Positions 1 through 64,000 of a stretch of DNA of 64,000 bases are shown here, piece by piece. A model generated the notes under the pieces. The model was given only the letters and a program-made list of their open reading frames with translations, had not been told where the DNA came from and did not search any database. Each line of letters begins with the position of its first letter. Position 1 is the stretch's first letter. This DNA comes from Felis catus (lineage: Eukaryota): assembly GCF_018350175.1 (NCBI RefSeq), contig NC_058383.1, positions 28,460,001-28,524,000 on the forward strand. Direction: 5' to 3'. The translations under genes were made by a program, and so were the position numbers.

Positions 1-137
1 CCCATGTGAGTAAAATCCTATGATATTTGTCTTTCTCTGGTTGACTTATTTCACTTAGCATATTGCCTTGTAGCTCCATCCATGTCATTGCAAATGGCAA
101 GACTTCATTCTTTTGTTTTTTAAGTTTATTTATTTAT

Positions 138-191
<54 letters not shown>

Positions 192-410
192 CACAAGCCA
201 GGGAGGGGTAGAGAAAGAAGGAGAGAGAGAATCCCAAACGGGCTCCACGCTGTCAGCGCAGAGCCCAATGTGGGGCTCGAACTCATGGATGGTGAGATCA
301 CGACTTGAGCCGAAACCAAGAGTCAGACACTTAACTGACTCAGCCACCCGGGCGTCCTTCATTCTTTTTGATGGCTGAGTAATATTCCATTGCGTATATA
401 TACCACACCT
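1..410 (-). mobile_element. L1 3'-end fragment interrupted by a SINE
   Basis: Antisense L1-like text (gacttatttcacttagcat...tccatccatgtcattgcaaatggcaag...ggctgagtaatattccatt). Confidence 0.8.
115..356 (-). mobile_element. CAN-SINE
   Basis: (GA)n linker, T-rich tail, TSD cttcattctttt at 103-114 and 357-368. Confidence 0.92.
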
Positions 411-1945
411 TCTGACTCAGTGCCTGGGGCAGGGCTGGGCACTCCTGCATTTTTATCTAGTGTGGGGCGCTTGAGAAGCGGGTAGGCCAGCCAGTGATCT
501 GGGAGGGAGGCAAACACTGTCACAGGCACGCTTGCAGGGGACGCCGAGGGTATGGCTGGATCGGAACTGCGTGCGCCCGTCTGCCTTGGGGTGGAGAGGG
601 GGTGGCGTGGCCCTGGGAGCAGGGTCCCTGCCAGCAGAGGAAAGGAGCTAAAATGCCACCCCTCTGGGGCCCGTTTGGGAGCCCGGAAGGGGAGGGAGGC
701 GTGAGCTGGGGGAGGACTAGGGGGTCCTGGAGATTCTGATGCACACTTTGCAGTGGGACCGTCTGGTTCATCCCCCAGATTGCTGACCCCTGGGTGCAGG
801 CTTTGTGGCAGAAAGACTTCTGGGGCTACCTGTGCCTGCAAGGCTTGAAGAGAGGCCCCTGGTCTCAGCTCCTGGGGAGCCTCGACTGGGAGCAAGTCCA
901 GCCCAGGATGGGGGTCCTCAGACTGTTAGCCGACTCTCCTGGCTCACGAAGTAAAGCATTTTGTGGGGGGAGGTACTGGGGTCCTTTATGCTCCTAAGTG
1001 ACACTGTCACGACAGTTTGATGCCCTGAGCAGGTCAGCATGAAGCCATTTTGGCTCTAGGACAGGCTAGATTTTCACTTTAGGGGCAGCCCGTGAGCTAG
1101 ACGGGGAAGAAGGGAGTCCTGGACTCAGCTCTGCCATGAGAGCCACTTACCCTGTCTGAGCCTCAGTCTCCTCACCTGCAAAATGGACAACTATACCCAC
1201 CTCACAGGGCGGTCGTGAGGAATCAGTGGGTTAATTCACGGAAAGCACTGAGAGCAGGGCCCGGCGATGCCGTTTTGTGCGCAGTGAACAGAATTGTTAC
1301 TTGTAAGTTACTTGCGAACGCAAGTGCCACTTCCTGCGCAGCCACGAAAGCGGAAGCAAGGGGAAGAGATGCCCGGAGTGACAATGAATGCTAGCGATCC
1401 ATATTCATGATCAGTGTGTCCATATTATCTTGATGCATTGTTAGGCGTGGCCAGGGGTTCTACAGATAGCTGCTTACAAACATTCTTTGTATCCCCAGAC
1501 CAGGATTGACAGAGGCAGATGCTCAGGGGAGCCTGGCAGGTGACAGGAAGGGGTGGGTTAGGCCAGGAGCACAATAGGGAGTGGTGGGGACTGTGGCAAA
1601 TTGGAAGGCTCACGCCCTTTGAGGGGCGGCTGTGGTTCTGTCCCAGACAACTTCTGCCGCAGGAGAACGCTGACCCGGTGTTCCCGGGGCTACGCGGGTC
1701 TTTTCCCCTCTCCAGGAGGATCCAGCTGCCTTCTGTGCGTGCTGGTCTGCCCTTGTGTTTTCTACTCAGCAGTGCCCTCGCAGTGTGTTGTATCTCATCA
1801 GACATAAACCAGCGTCCCTCCTCCTAGTGACTGCCCAGACATGCCGTATTTTATTTACCGCCCCCCCCCCTCCGTGGATTGTAGCTTTGATTGTTTCCGG
1901 ACTTAAGAACTAAATGTAAGCGTGTATATAAGGATATACGTGCGA

Positions 1946-2620
1946 TCAGTCCTTATTATTTACTGATGCCATATTTGCAAATTCATTGCTACTTGCTGAT
2001 ATGTATTTGTAACCTCCAACCGATGCTCATGGTGCTTGTGGGGGCGTTCGAGGACACGTGCAGAGCCAGGAAAAGTCTGAGTGGCCTGCCAGCTGAGGGA
2101 ACCCTGCCGCCTTGTTTCAGCTCTCTGGCTGTGAACAAGTGTCCCTTACATGCTAGATTTAGCACCACGGTTTTTGCATTGTTGTGGCTTTTGGTTGGTG
2201 ACTTCGCTGTTGATAATGCCCCCCAAGCCTCCAGCTGAAGTGCTGTCTTCCTTTTTTTAAAAATGTTTATTTATCGTTGGGAGAGAGAGACAGAGACAGA
2301 GAGAGAGGGAGCCAGAGGATCCGAAGCAGGCTCTGCCCCGAAAGTGGAGAGCCCAACGCGGGGCTCAAAATCACGAGCTGTGAGATCATGACCTGAGCCG
2401 AAGTCGGATGCCTAAGGAGCTGAGCCACCCAGGCGCCCTGAAGTGTTGGCTTCCTAAGCACAAGACGGGTGGATATGTCTTACGGAGAAAATTCATGGGT
2501 TGGATGACCTTCACTCAGACATGAGTTACAGGGCTGTTGGCCATGAGTTCGATGTTAGCGAATCAACAATATATATGGTAAAGGGTCTTTAAACAGAAAG
2601 GCACATAAAACAAGGTCATA
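1946..2620. mobile_element. Old TcMar-Tigger-like DNA transposon fragment (MER82/MER44-like), interrupted by a SINE
   Basis: Resembles remembered consensus text (atgagttacagggctgttggccatgagttcgatgttagcgaatcaacaat...ctttaaacagaaa); subfamily uncertain. Confidence 0.55.
2252..2438 (-). mobile_element. CAN-SINE
   Basis: Ends in ccacccaggcgccc; degenerate TSD ctgaagtg..g.cttcct. Confidence 0.9.
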
Positions 2621-2909
2621 GAGTGAGCAGCTGGGGGGAGCCTTTGGAGCACCTGTGCCCCAGGCGTGTGTGTGAGCCTCGCACCTCCCAAGGTTCCCAG
2701 GAAGAAACAGCACTGCTCGTCGGCATCTGTAGGAACATGGCATTTCTTGTCCACATCTGCTGAGTGAACGGATTTAACGTTGTACCAGAGAGGAGCAGGG
2801 AAGAGTGTGGCTTACTTACAGATGGCTTCCGACCTGTGTGACCCTGCACAGGTCACTTAACCTCTCTGAGCCAGGTTTATGGAGAGGCCGTGAGGATGAA
2901 AAGGGAACC

Positions 2910-3126
2910 ACCCCACAACATCGGTTGAGCGACCGACTTTGGCTCAGGTCTTGGTCTCGCGGTTTGAGGGTTCGAGCCCTGCGTCGGGCTCTGTGCTGAC
3001 AGCTCAGAGCCTGGAGCCTGTTTCAGATTCTGTGTCTCCCCCTCTCTCTGCCCCTCCCCCGCTCATGCTCTGTCTTTCTCTCTCTCAAAAATAAACATTA
3101 ACATTTAAAAAAATACATAAATAAAA
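2910..3126 (+). mobile_element. CAN-SINE
   Basis: ggttcgagccc B-box, CT tract, AATAAA-rich tail. Confidence 0.9.
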
Positions 3127-3430
3127 CAGTGCCAGCCAATAAGGCTTTGTGTGCTGATGGCTGCTGAGAACTTGAAACGTGGCTCATGTGACTAAGGGGC
3201 TGGATTTTTTTTTAACTGACTTTAACTAATTTAAATAGCCTATAGCTAGTGTTTTCTGCATTAGCGTGGTTCTGAAGTATCTCTTACCTCCGTCCACTCC
3301 TCTGATTCTGCCCATGTCTCGTTCAGGCTCCTTTCACCTCTTGCCTGGACCACTGCGGTCGCCCCCTAACTAAACTTCCTGCAGCCGTGCCCCCCCCTGC
3401 TCCCCAGTGTGACCATGTCTCATTCATGCC

Positions 3431-3573
3431 TGGCTGCCTGCCTGCCTGCCTTCCTTCCTTCCTTCCTTCCTTCCTTCCTTCCTTCCCCCTTCTTCCTTCC
3501 TTCCTTCCTTCCTTCCTTCCTTCCTTCCTTCCTTCCTTCCTTCCTTCCTTCCTTCCTTCCTTCCTTCCTTCCA
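3431..3573. repeat. (CCTG)n-(CTTC)n microsatellite
   Basis: Directly visible. Confidence 0.97.
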
Positions 3574-4384
3574 TAGCTACTCATTGTGAGAAGTCATATG
3601 GCACAGCCGGGTGTGGATTTCAGAGTCAAACCTCTAGGGTTTTGAGGTCAGCCCTATCACCAACCAGCTTGTATGCTCCCAGAACCAAGTGGCTTAACTT
3701 CTCCGAGCCTCAGTCTCCCCATCTGTAAAATGGGGCAATAGGTGCTCCGCTGGGTGGTTGTTTGTGGGATTCATTGAATTAATTTGTGTAAGAGAGAAAG
3801 CAATGCCACTGCCTCCTGGTGAGCCCCCCTCTTCGCCGTCCCCCCCCCCCCTAAGAATCAGCTGCCTGCACTTTTGATGTTCCCCTCACGGGTCCTCAAG
3901 CCCCATTCGTCTCCTGAAATGGTTTCCTGTACTCATTGGAATGAAAGCAAAACTCGTCACCGCAGCCGGGAAGACTGTCCGTGATCTGGCCCCTTTCTTC
4001 CCTCATCACTTACCACCACCCGCCTCCCTCCTGACGTTCCAGCCACACCAGCTCCTCCCTGCTCCCTGCGTGTGCAGAATATTTCCCTGTGGTGGATCTT
4101 TGCCCTTGCTGTCCCCTCTGCCGGCTGCCCCCTACCCTTGGTCCTTCCTGCAGGGCTCCTTTGCATTTTGTAGGGCTCCTCTCCCATTCTGGCGACCCAC
4201 CCATGGCCCCCCCCTCCATCTCAGCCCCCATCATGCCACCCTGGCGGCAATAACAGACCCTCAAATGACCCTAATTGCTTATTTCCTTGGCTAGGGTCTG
4301 TCTCCCTCTCCTGGAATGGGAGCTCAGTGAGGGTGGGGACAGTCTCCTTGTCCCCTAGCCAGTGCCCAGTAAGTAGGCATTGGC

Positions 4385-4451
4385 CGCACCAGTAGCTGGG
4401 TTATGGAAAGAGCCCAAATGTCCGTCACCTGATGATGGATAAAGATGTGGT

Positions 4452-4498
<47 letters not shown>

Positions 4499-4918
4499 CA
4501 CAGCAGAATGGAATACTAGGTGATGAAAAAGAATGAAATCTTGCCATTGGCAACAACATGGTTAGAACTAGAATGGATTATGCCAAGCAAAATAAGTTAG
4601 AGAAAGATACCATATAATTTCACTCCTCTGTGGGATTTGAGAAACTTAATAGATGAGCATAGGAGAAGCGAAGGAAAAATAAGATGAAAAAACAGAGAGG
4701 GAGGCGAACGCTAAGAGACTCTCAGATACAGAGAACAAACGGAGGGTTGCTGGGGGTAGGGGGTGGGTTCAATGGGTGATGCGCGTTAGGGGGGACACTT
4801 GTCGGGATGAGCCCAGGGTGTCATGTGTAAGAGATGAATCACTGGGTTCTGTTCCTGAAGCCAAGACAGTGTAGGTAGTTAACTACACTGTATGTTAACT
4901 AACTCGAGGGGGGAAATA
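4385..4918 (+). mobile_element. 5'-truncated carnivore L1 3' end with internal (TG)n
   Basis: aaaaagaatgaaatcttgccatt...gaactagaatggattatgc; near-perfect TSD aag(t/c)aggcattggc at 4371-4384 and 4919-4932. Confidence 0.88.
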
Positions 4919-5437
4919 AAGCAGGCATTGGCTGTTGTTGCAAAGGCAGTCCCAACCATTCCGCTGTTATTTGCCAATATATCCAGTCGCCCCGGAACTG
5001 TCATCAGCTTAGCTCTGCTTATTAAATTTCATTTTGGCCATTGTTAAAATCAGCCAGAGTGATTTGAGGACCGACATGTTGATAGCAGGGTATGAGCTTT
5101 GACAAAGTAGCAGGGGTCAAGGTAAGCCCAGCTGGGACTAACAGTTTGCTACAGATGATTATGCAGTCAGGAAGCTGGAAAGGGAGCAAATCTAATTTTT
5201 AGACCCGAGTCCTGTCTGGTCTAGGAAGCAGTTCATACAGTGCGAGTAAACCTGGGAGCATGGGTGAGGCGTGGAGCGGCCCTGGGTTGAGAGAGAGCTG
5301 TGTGTTCAAGGAGTAACCCGTGTGTGACGAGGGGCTGGATTAAGAGAGAAGGGAGTAGGGGAGGGGGAGATCAGAGGGCGGTAAGGGGGTCTTCTAGGCC
5401 CTGGGGAGGATGTTAAACTTTAAAATGGACAGGAGAC

Positions 5438-5654
5438 GGGGCGCCTGGGTGGCGCAGTCGGTTAGGCGTCCGACTTCAGCCAGGTCACGATCTCGCGGTC
5501 CGGGAGTTCGAGCCCCGCGTCGGGCTCTGGGCTGATGGCTCAGAGCCTGGAGCCTGTTTCCGATTCTGTGTCTCCCTCTCTCTCTGCCCCTCCCCCGTTC
5601 ATGCTCTGTCTCTCTGTCCCAAAAATAAATAAACGTTGAAAACAAAAATTTTTT
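5438..5654 (+). mobile_element. Young felid CAN-SINE (SINEC_Fc-like)
   Basis: Intact CpG-rich head; perfect 14-bp TSD aaatggacaggaga at 5423-5436 and 5655-5668. Confidence 0.95.
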
Positions 5655-5684
5655 AAATGGACAGGAGAGCACGAGGAGATACAG

Positions 5685-5890
5685 CCAGGGGTCAGCAAAC
5701 TCTGACCAGGGCGCCAAATGAGGCCCTCCTCTATTTTTGTAAATAAAGTTTTATTGGCACACAGCCGTGCTTACTTGCTTTCCGGCTACCGCGGCAGCGC
5801 TGAGTAGTTGGGACCGAGAATGCATGACCCACGAAGCCTAAAGTATTGACTGTCTGGCTCTTCACAGGAATGGTTTGCCACCTCCTGGCT
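5685..5890. mobile_element. MER58-like hAT non-autonomous element
   Basis: cagggtcagcaaact-like start...aaataaagttttattggcacacagcc; similar copies near 19640-19800, 26665-26890 and 34418-34622. Confidence 0.7.
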
Positions 5891-8800
5891 TATCCAGGGG
5901 GAAAATAGGACGTGATTTATATTTTAGTAATAGAATACGTGTTGACGTTATTGATAGAATATAAGCATTGTAGAGGCATTAATGTGTAAGTATTGATATA
6001 AGCGTTAGGGAAGAAATTAATCATTAGTAAGGAGTAATAACTCACATTTTTGTGTATCTGGCATTGTTCTGAACATTATATATATATATGCTCATTTAAT
6101 CCTTATAACAATCATGTAAGTGCTTTAATTATGCCTGTCTTATAGATAAGGAAACCAAGGCATGGGAGTAGTTAAATGACCCGCCCAAGGTCATACCGGC
6201 AACTGGCGGAGCAGAGATTTGAACTCAGTCTCACCTGGGAGCCCATTGTGCTATTCTGCTGATTGATGCTGTGGGGGAAGGTGGCATTGCTTCTGCCTAG
6301 AGGCAGTATTCAGAAGAGAGGCAATGCTTACCTGGGCTTTGCAGGGTATGTAGGAGTTGGACAGCTAGAGGACAGGAGCAGGAGTCACCTGAGGACTGGG
6401 GACTGAACAGCCTGAAACCCAGAGCTAATGTGGCTTTGATGCCAAGGGCAGACCGCAGGCTGAAATGGGCTTGTAAATGGGGTTCAGCCCTGGGATCCAG
6501 GACCAGCAACATGATGTGTAAAATCACGCAAAATGAAAATGCAGAGCCTTGTATTCAAAAAGCATTAAGAATTTGAAGACGGCAGCAACATAAGCGATCA
6601 TTGCCTCTGGGGCAGGACTGGGCAGTGGGGTAATTACACGGCCAGGAGGCCTTGCACGGTCACGAGGAGGGGACCAGGCAGCAAGGGCCCTATGAAACAG
6701 GACAGTGGTTTAGGGTGCTAGGATCAGGAAGGCATCTTCACCCCCAGGGATCAGAGGTCAAAAAAGCAAAGATACTAATGTTTTGAAAGCAGCCCAGAGC
6801 ACATCAATCTTCAGACACTCATGAGCCTGGAGCTCGGGGTGTTTTCTTTGGCACAACCTCCCAAGACAATTTATTTTTATCAATAAAACTTGGAAACTGT
6901 TGAGCCAAGCAGTCCACAGGGGCAAGAGCTGATTCCTGGAGCGTCTGCCCCTCTTCCCCTCCCTTGTAAGGTGGAAGGCCAAGGCCACAATCATGGTCAT
7001 GCCACGTCTTTGTTGCAAAAGAGAAGAGGCAGGAGAGGCTGAAAACAAAGATGGAAAATGAGGAGGTTATGATGGGAAAGGAGAGATTCTGGGGATCTGG
7101 ACGCTGGGTATACTGCGTCCTGACTCTTGCCTCAGATCGGAATTAGGCTCAGGACCACCTGCCAAGGTGACTTCCCACGCTCACATTTTCTCTCCTCCTT
7201 CTCGCTCTGATGAGAAGCTAGCCCCTTCAGCCCGGATGATGTCTGTCAAGCATTCTGAGGTTAGCCTGATTGAAGTAATTCATACTAAGGTGTAAATGAC
7301 TGAGTAGTTTGGTTCATTTGGTCCCTGGTTACATTTTCAAAGAGCCTGCCAAGGCGAGTCAAGACTCCCACATATATGGAAGAGCCCTTGGATGGAGAGG
7401 GCTTCACTGTGGGTTTCACTCTGTCTTTTCAACATTCCGTCCTCTTTTCTCACCAAAATAAAAAGGCAACGGGCAGAACAGCAGCTGTGGCATCGAAGAG
7501 ACCCACACTGAGACCTCATTTCTTCTCCATTACCTCTTTGTGTGATAGCAGGAGCAGTCACGATCTCCAACAACTCCTTCCACTTCTCTGAGCCTCAGTT
7601 TCCCCAGGGGCGTGATGGGGATCATCAGTGAGTCTTTTGTTAGGGTGTTGGGAGGTTTATGAAAAGATTCCTGAGCCCAGTGCCTAGCAGAGTGTAGGCC
7701 TTCAACAAACATCAATTCCTTTTCCTGTGCCCTTCTTCTGGCCTCAGTGCTAAAGCAAGTCCCCCGAGCGTTGGGCCTGTCTTATGGAATGACTGGGCAA
7801 AATGCAGTAGAAAGAGTCCTGATGACGGCATCAGAGACCTGACTGTGTCCTTGCCTCGCTGTGTGACCTAGGGCAAGCTGCTCACCCACTCTGGGCCAGA
7901 GTTCCACTTCTGTAATAACCAGGAAGTGATATGTCGTATCCTCAGGATTAGGGGAGGGAAGGTAAAGGAGACAACGCGTGTGAAACGGTGAGCGTAGGGC
8001 CTCTACTCCTAGAAAAGTCAACTCTCTCCTTAAAAAAAATTTTTTTTTTTTGGGTTTGGACTCTTTCCCCCTGAAGAAATGGGCATAATGACTCCACGGC
8101 TCCCCATTCACAAAGTGCCTCTGAGGCCACATGAAATAATGTGGCCATTGGGATAAAGACCATTAGGAACGGGGAGAGGGCTGTACTGAGGCTGGCTTGA
8201 GGATGTGTCCTCATACCTGGAGATCAGACACTTGATGTCTGGACGTCGGGCCCCAGGGCGCTAGGTCCGGAAATTCAGCGCACGTGTTTCTTTTTTAGCC
8301 CCGAGCAAAGTTGTTAGCGGGTCCTTGGCAGGGCAAATTCATTTCTTTCTTTCCTAATTAGGCAAAAAAAAAAGAGCAGGGACTGAACTCGTGCTGTGGC
8401 ACCGGTTCAGCATGCACAACCTTGAGCTGACCTCGCGGTAGACGCATTCTTTTCCAGACTTAACAAAAATGCTCTCTTGTGTTTCAGAATATTCAGCGAG
8501 CTCAGAAAATCAGAGTCTAGGCAAATAAGGGAAAGTCAAGGGAAGAAAACCAGAGGGGAGGACAAGAAGGGACGAAAGTTTTGGTTGAGGCCCTGTCTTT
8601 CCAATTAACTAGAAAGAATGGGAGAGTTAGAGGCAGTATCTGGAAACCTCCGATTAAACAGTCCCACTATGATGATCCTTGGTGGCCAAGAGAGGCAGGT
8701 GGTTTGAAAAAGCCATTTGATTAAAAAAACAAAATCTGCTCATTTTCTACGAGTACTCTTTTGAAAAAACAAACAATGCTCTGCCCATCTGAATGTATCA

Positions 8801-9089
8801 GTCATTTACACTTTAGTGTGAATTACTTCAACCAGGTTCATTCTTTGATGTTTGACTCCGATCATTAGCTAGCCACCTTACAATCAGAGTGGGCTTCACC
8901 AGAGGATGAAGTGGCTTATACCTGCCCAACAGCTGGTAAGATAACCTGTAAGGGAAGCTTCTCAATCTTTGACTTTAGGTTCTGGTGCTGTGAGAGGTAC
9001 CTATCTCCTTCCTGGAAGGCTGCCCTTTGCCTGATCTTTCTATTGGTAACAAAGCTAGTGATGTCTTAAAAGTAGATGATTTGCAGAGA

Positions 9090-9330
9090 AACTATTCTGT
9101 GTGGTTCTATAATGGTGGGTTCGTGTCATTGGGCACGTGTCGAAACCCATAGAGTGCACAACACCAAGAGCGAACTCTGGTGAGCTCTGGACTCTGGGTG
9201 ATGGCTGTGTCAGTGTATTCATTGATTCTAGCAAGCGTAACGCTCCGGTGGGGGACGTTGGTGGTGACGGAGGCTGTGCACCTCGAGCTCCAGGGGGATA
9301 GAGGAACTCAGTGTTCTTTCTGCTCTGTTC
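9090..9330 (+). mobile_element. Old L1 3'UTR fragment
   Basis: aaactattctgt...tataatggtgg...aaacccatagagtgcacaacaccaagag. Confidence 0.65.
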
Positions 9331-9334
9331 TTTC

Positions 9335-9730
9335 TGGGTTCAGGTCATGATTTCATGGTCTGTGGGTTCGAGTCCCTTGCTGGCTTCTGTGCTGACAGAG
9401 AGGAGCCTGCTGGGGATTCTCTCTCTTTCCCTCTCTTTCTGCCCTTATCCCTTCTTGCACCCTCTCTCAAGATAAATAAATAAACTTAAAAAAAAAATAG
9501 AGGAGGGGCGCCTGGGTGGCTCAGTCGGTTGAGCGCCGACTTCGGCTCAGGTCACAATCTCACGGTCCGTGAGTTCGAGCCCCGCATCGGGCCCCTGTGC
9601 TGACAGCTCAGAGCCCGGAGCCTGTTTCAGATTCTGTGTCTCCCTCTCTCTGACCCTCCCCCGTTCATGTTCTGTCTCTCTCTGTCTCAAAAATAAATAA
9701 ACGTTAAAACAAAAAATTAAAAAAAAAAAT
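9335..9730 (+). mobile_element. Two tandem CAN-SINEs (5'-truncated copy then full copy)
   Basis: The second copy (from ~9505) is flanked by TSD aaaaaaaatagaggag. Confidence 0.9.
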
Positions 9731-9911
9731 AGAGGAGTCCAAATAAACCTAAGTTTGGACCTTGGTGGGAAAACTCAGTTTTTCTCTTTCTGTCTTGCCA
9801 TCTGAATTCTTTCTTGCATCCTCTCAGGAGTAGATGGGGCGAGTGGCCAGCGTTTGAGGCCCGGCCCAGCTCCGTCCCGGTGGCACGACCCTGGGCAAGC
9901 CTCCCTGGTAA

Positions 9912-62393
<52,482 letters not shown>

Positions 62394-62589
62394 TGAGGCT
62401 CACGGGCCTCGGGTGCCCACAGGGAGTTTCTTTCCTGATGCAGAGGACACCCCCCCCCCCGCCGCCCCCTGTTCCTTTCCAGGTTCTCCCCCCTCACCAG
62501 CACTTATGCGGCACCACTGTGTGCCAGGCACATGAACAGGCCGCGGATCCACCAGGGCCCTGCCTTGGAGCAGCGGACCCTCTGTTCGA

Positions 62590-62730
62590 GGGGGAGAGAG
62601 CATCCCAAGCAGGCACTGCGCTGTCAGCACAGAGCCCAATATGGGGTTTGATCTCACAAACCATGAGCTCATGGCCTGAGCCAAAATCACAAGTCCGACA
62701 CTTACCTGATGGAGCCACCCCAACGCCCCC
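62590..62730 (-). mobile_element. Partial CAN-SINE
   Basis: catcccaagcagg...gctgtcagcacagagccc...cctgagccaaaatc. Confidence 0.78.
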
Positions 62731-64000
62731 TCGTGTGGTTTCTTTAATGATGCACGTCCCTTCCCAGCCCACCCTTGGGCGAGGAGAAGGGGAGGGAGGC
62801 ACACCCCTGTCTCCTCAATCCTTGTCCTCACTGCTGCATTGCCCGTGCGGGTCCCTTCTCTCCAGAACCTCTTTTCTGGGCTTTCTCTTGACCACTTTGG
62901 TCTAATCAGGGTCTCCCATCCCTGCTGCTGTTTGGGGCCGGATCATCCTGCCTCACAGGAGCTGGCCTGTGTTTGCAGGATGGGGCATGGCACCCTCTGG
63001 ATTGTGACAACCGCAAATGTCTCCAGCCGTTGCTCAGTTCCCCGGGTGGGGGGTGCGGTCGCCCAGGGGTCTCGAACCACCGCCCTAACCAGGGCTGTTT
63101 TCTCTCCCACGCCCCTGTCCCTGAAGCTGGATAGGCGACACCCCTGCTCCCCAGGCCTCCTTCCCACCTCCACTGGTTCCCAGAAGGCGTGGGCCCCGAA
63201 GCTTCCTGCCACACTCACCCACACCCCTCCAGGGGGGTGATCCAGTCTCTTGGGTCCTTGGTCTGGTCTCCTCTGCGATCCTGCCACCCCATGGGCCCTA
63301 ACACTAGCTCTAACTTGCCCATCAAGCCCAGGCTCGGTGGTCCGTCCGCCTCGCACACACCCTCAACACCCCAGACCCCTCCTGCTTTGAGGTATGCACT
63401 TGGTGAGTTAAACCAGACTTTCCACCTTCTGCTCAGGGAAAAGCAAACAGGCACACTGCCAGTTCGTGCTGGGCCTTGTCTGTCACCACAAGGAGCTGAC
63501 CTCACTCGGTGCTGCCTGGGCCTGACTCCCCTCCCCCTTCCACTGTCTTGGGCATCTGGTTTTCACTGTCTCCCCATCCCCACCCATCCTTACAAGCTCT
63601 CATGTCCCCGTCAACCCGCCTCCCCGCAGCTGTGTCCATTTCCTCTACTCCGTTCCCGGGCTGAACTATCTAGCACCAACTAAGGGCATCACATCAGGTA
63701 CACCTACCTCTCTTCTTCCCTCAAGGACGTCGCTCCAGAAATTCTCACCCTTCTCCTTTTCACCATTTCCACGTCAACAAAGTCAATCCAGGAGCTGAGA
63801 AAGCCTCTGAGCCCCACGCCCCCTGCTACCCTTTACCACGAAACCTTAATGGTCAGTCCTCAGTCCTCCCCGACTGAGCTGCAGCTTCCTCGACCCACAC
63901 CGGGGTTTGTTCCTCCCCTCTGGGTGTCTCTCCTTGTCTCCTCTGCTGGTACCTCATCTCAAAGCCCGCCTGCCATTGGCCTGCCCCAGGGCGCCATCTT

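Noticed and set aside
63..378. ERERER / LSLSLS ORFs here and at other SINEs
   Set aside because: Translations of CAN-SINE (GA)n linkers.
5438..5530. tRNA-like A/B boxes (ggcgcagtcgg, gttcgagccc)
   Set aside because: Head of a tRNA-derived SINE, not a tRNA gene.

Overview
Mammalian genomic DNA, most likely from a felid (carnivore tRNA-derived CAN-SINEs, including young SINEC_Fc-like copies). The window holds most of MYH11 (smooth-muscle myosin heavy chain) on the + strand: 36 constitutive coding exons (approx. human exons 5-40, 5256 nt, one continuous reading frame from the P-loop GESGAGKT to the rod end ...ALKSKLR) plus the 21-nt SM-B microexon (QGPSFAY). The 5' exons and the SM1/SM2 tail exons lie outside the window. 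The features of most interest are: (i) an antisense coding exon with its own splice acceptor inside MYH11 exon 31, reading [19 protein letters not shown], which matches my recollection of the human NDE1 'SSSC' C-terminus; (ii) a U12-type (minor spliceosome) GT-AG intron 7; (iii) an intragenic CpG-rich region over exons 21-22; (iv) a 1.3-kb higher-order (TCCA)n array and a ~560-nt polypyrimidine tract; (v) nested and young SINE insertions with target-site duplications. There are no prokaryote-type systems, and I see nothing I can claim as a new biological system. Exon and residue numbering and human comparisons are from memory, not from a search.
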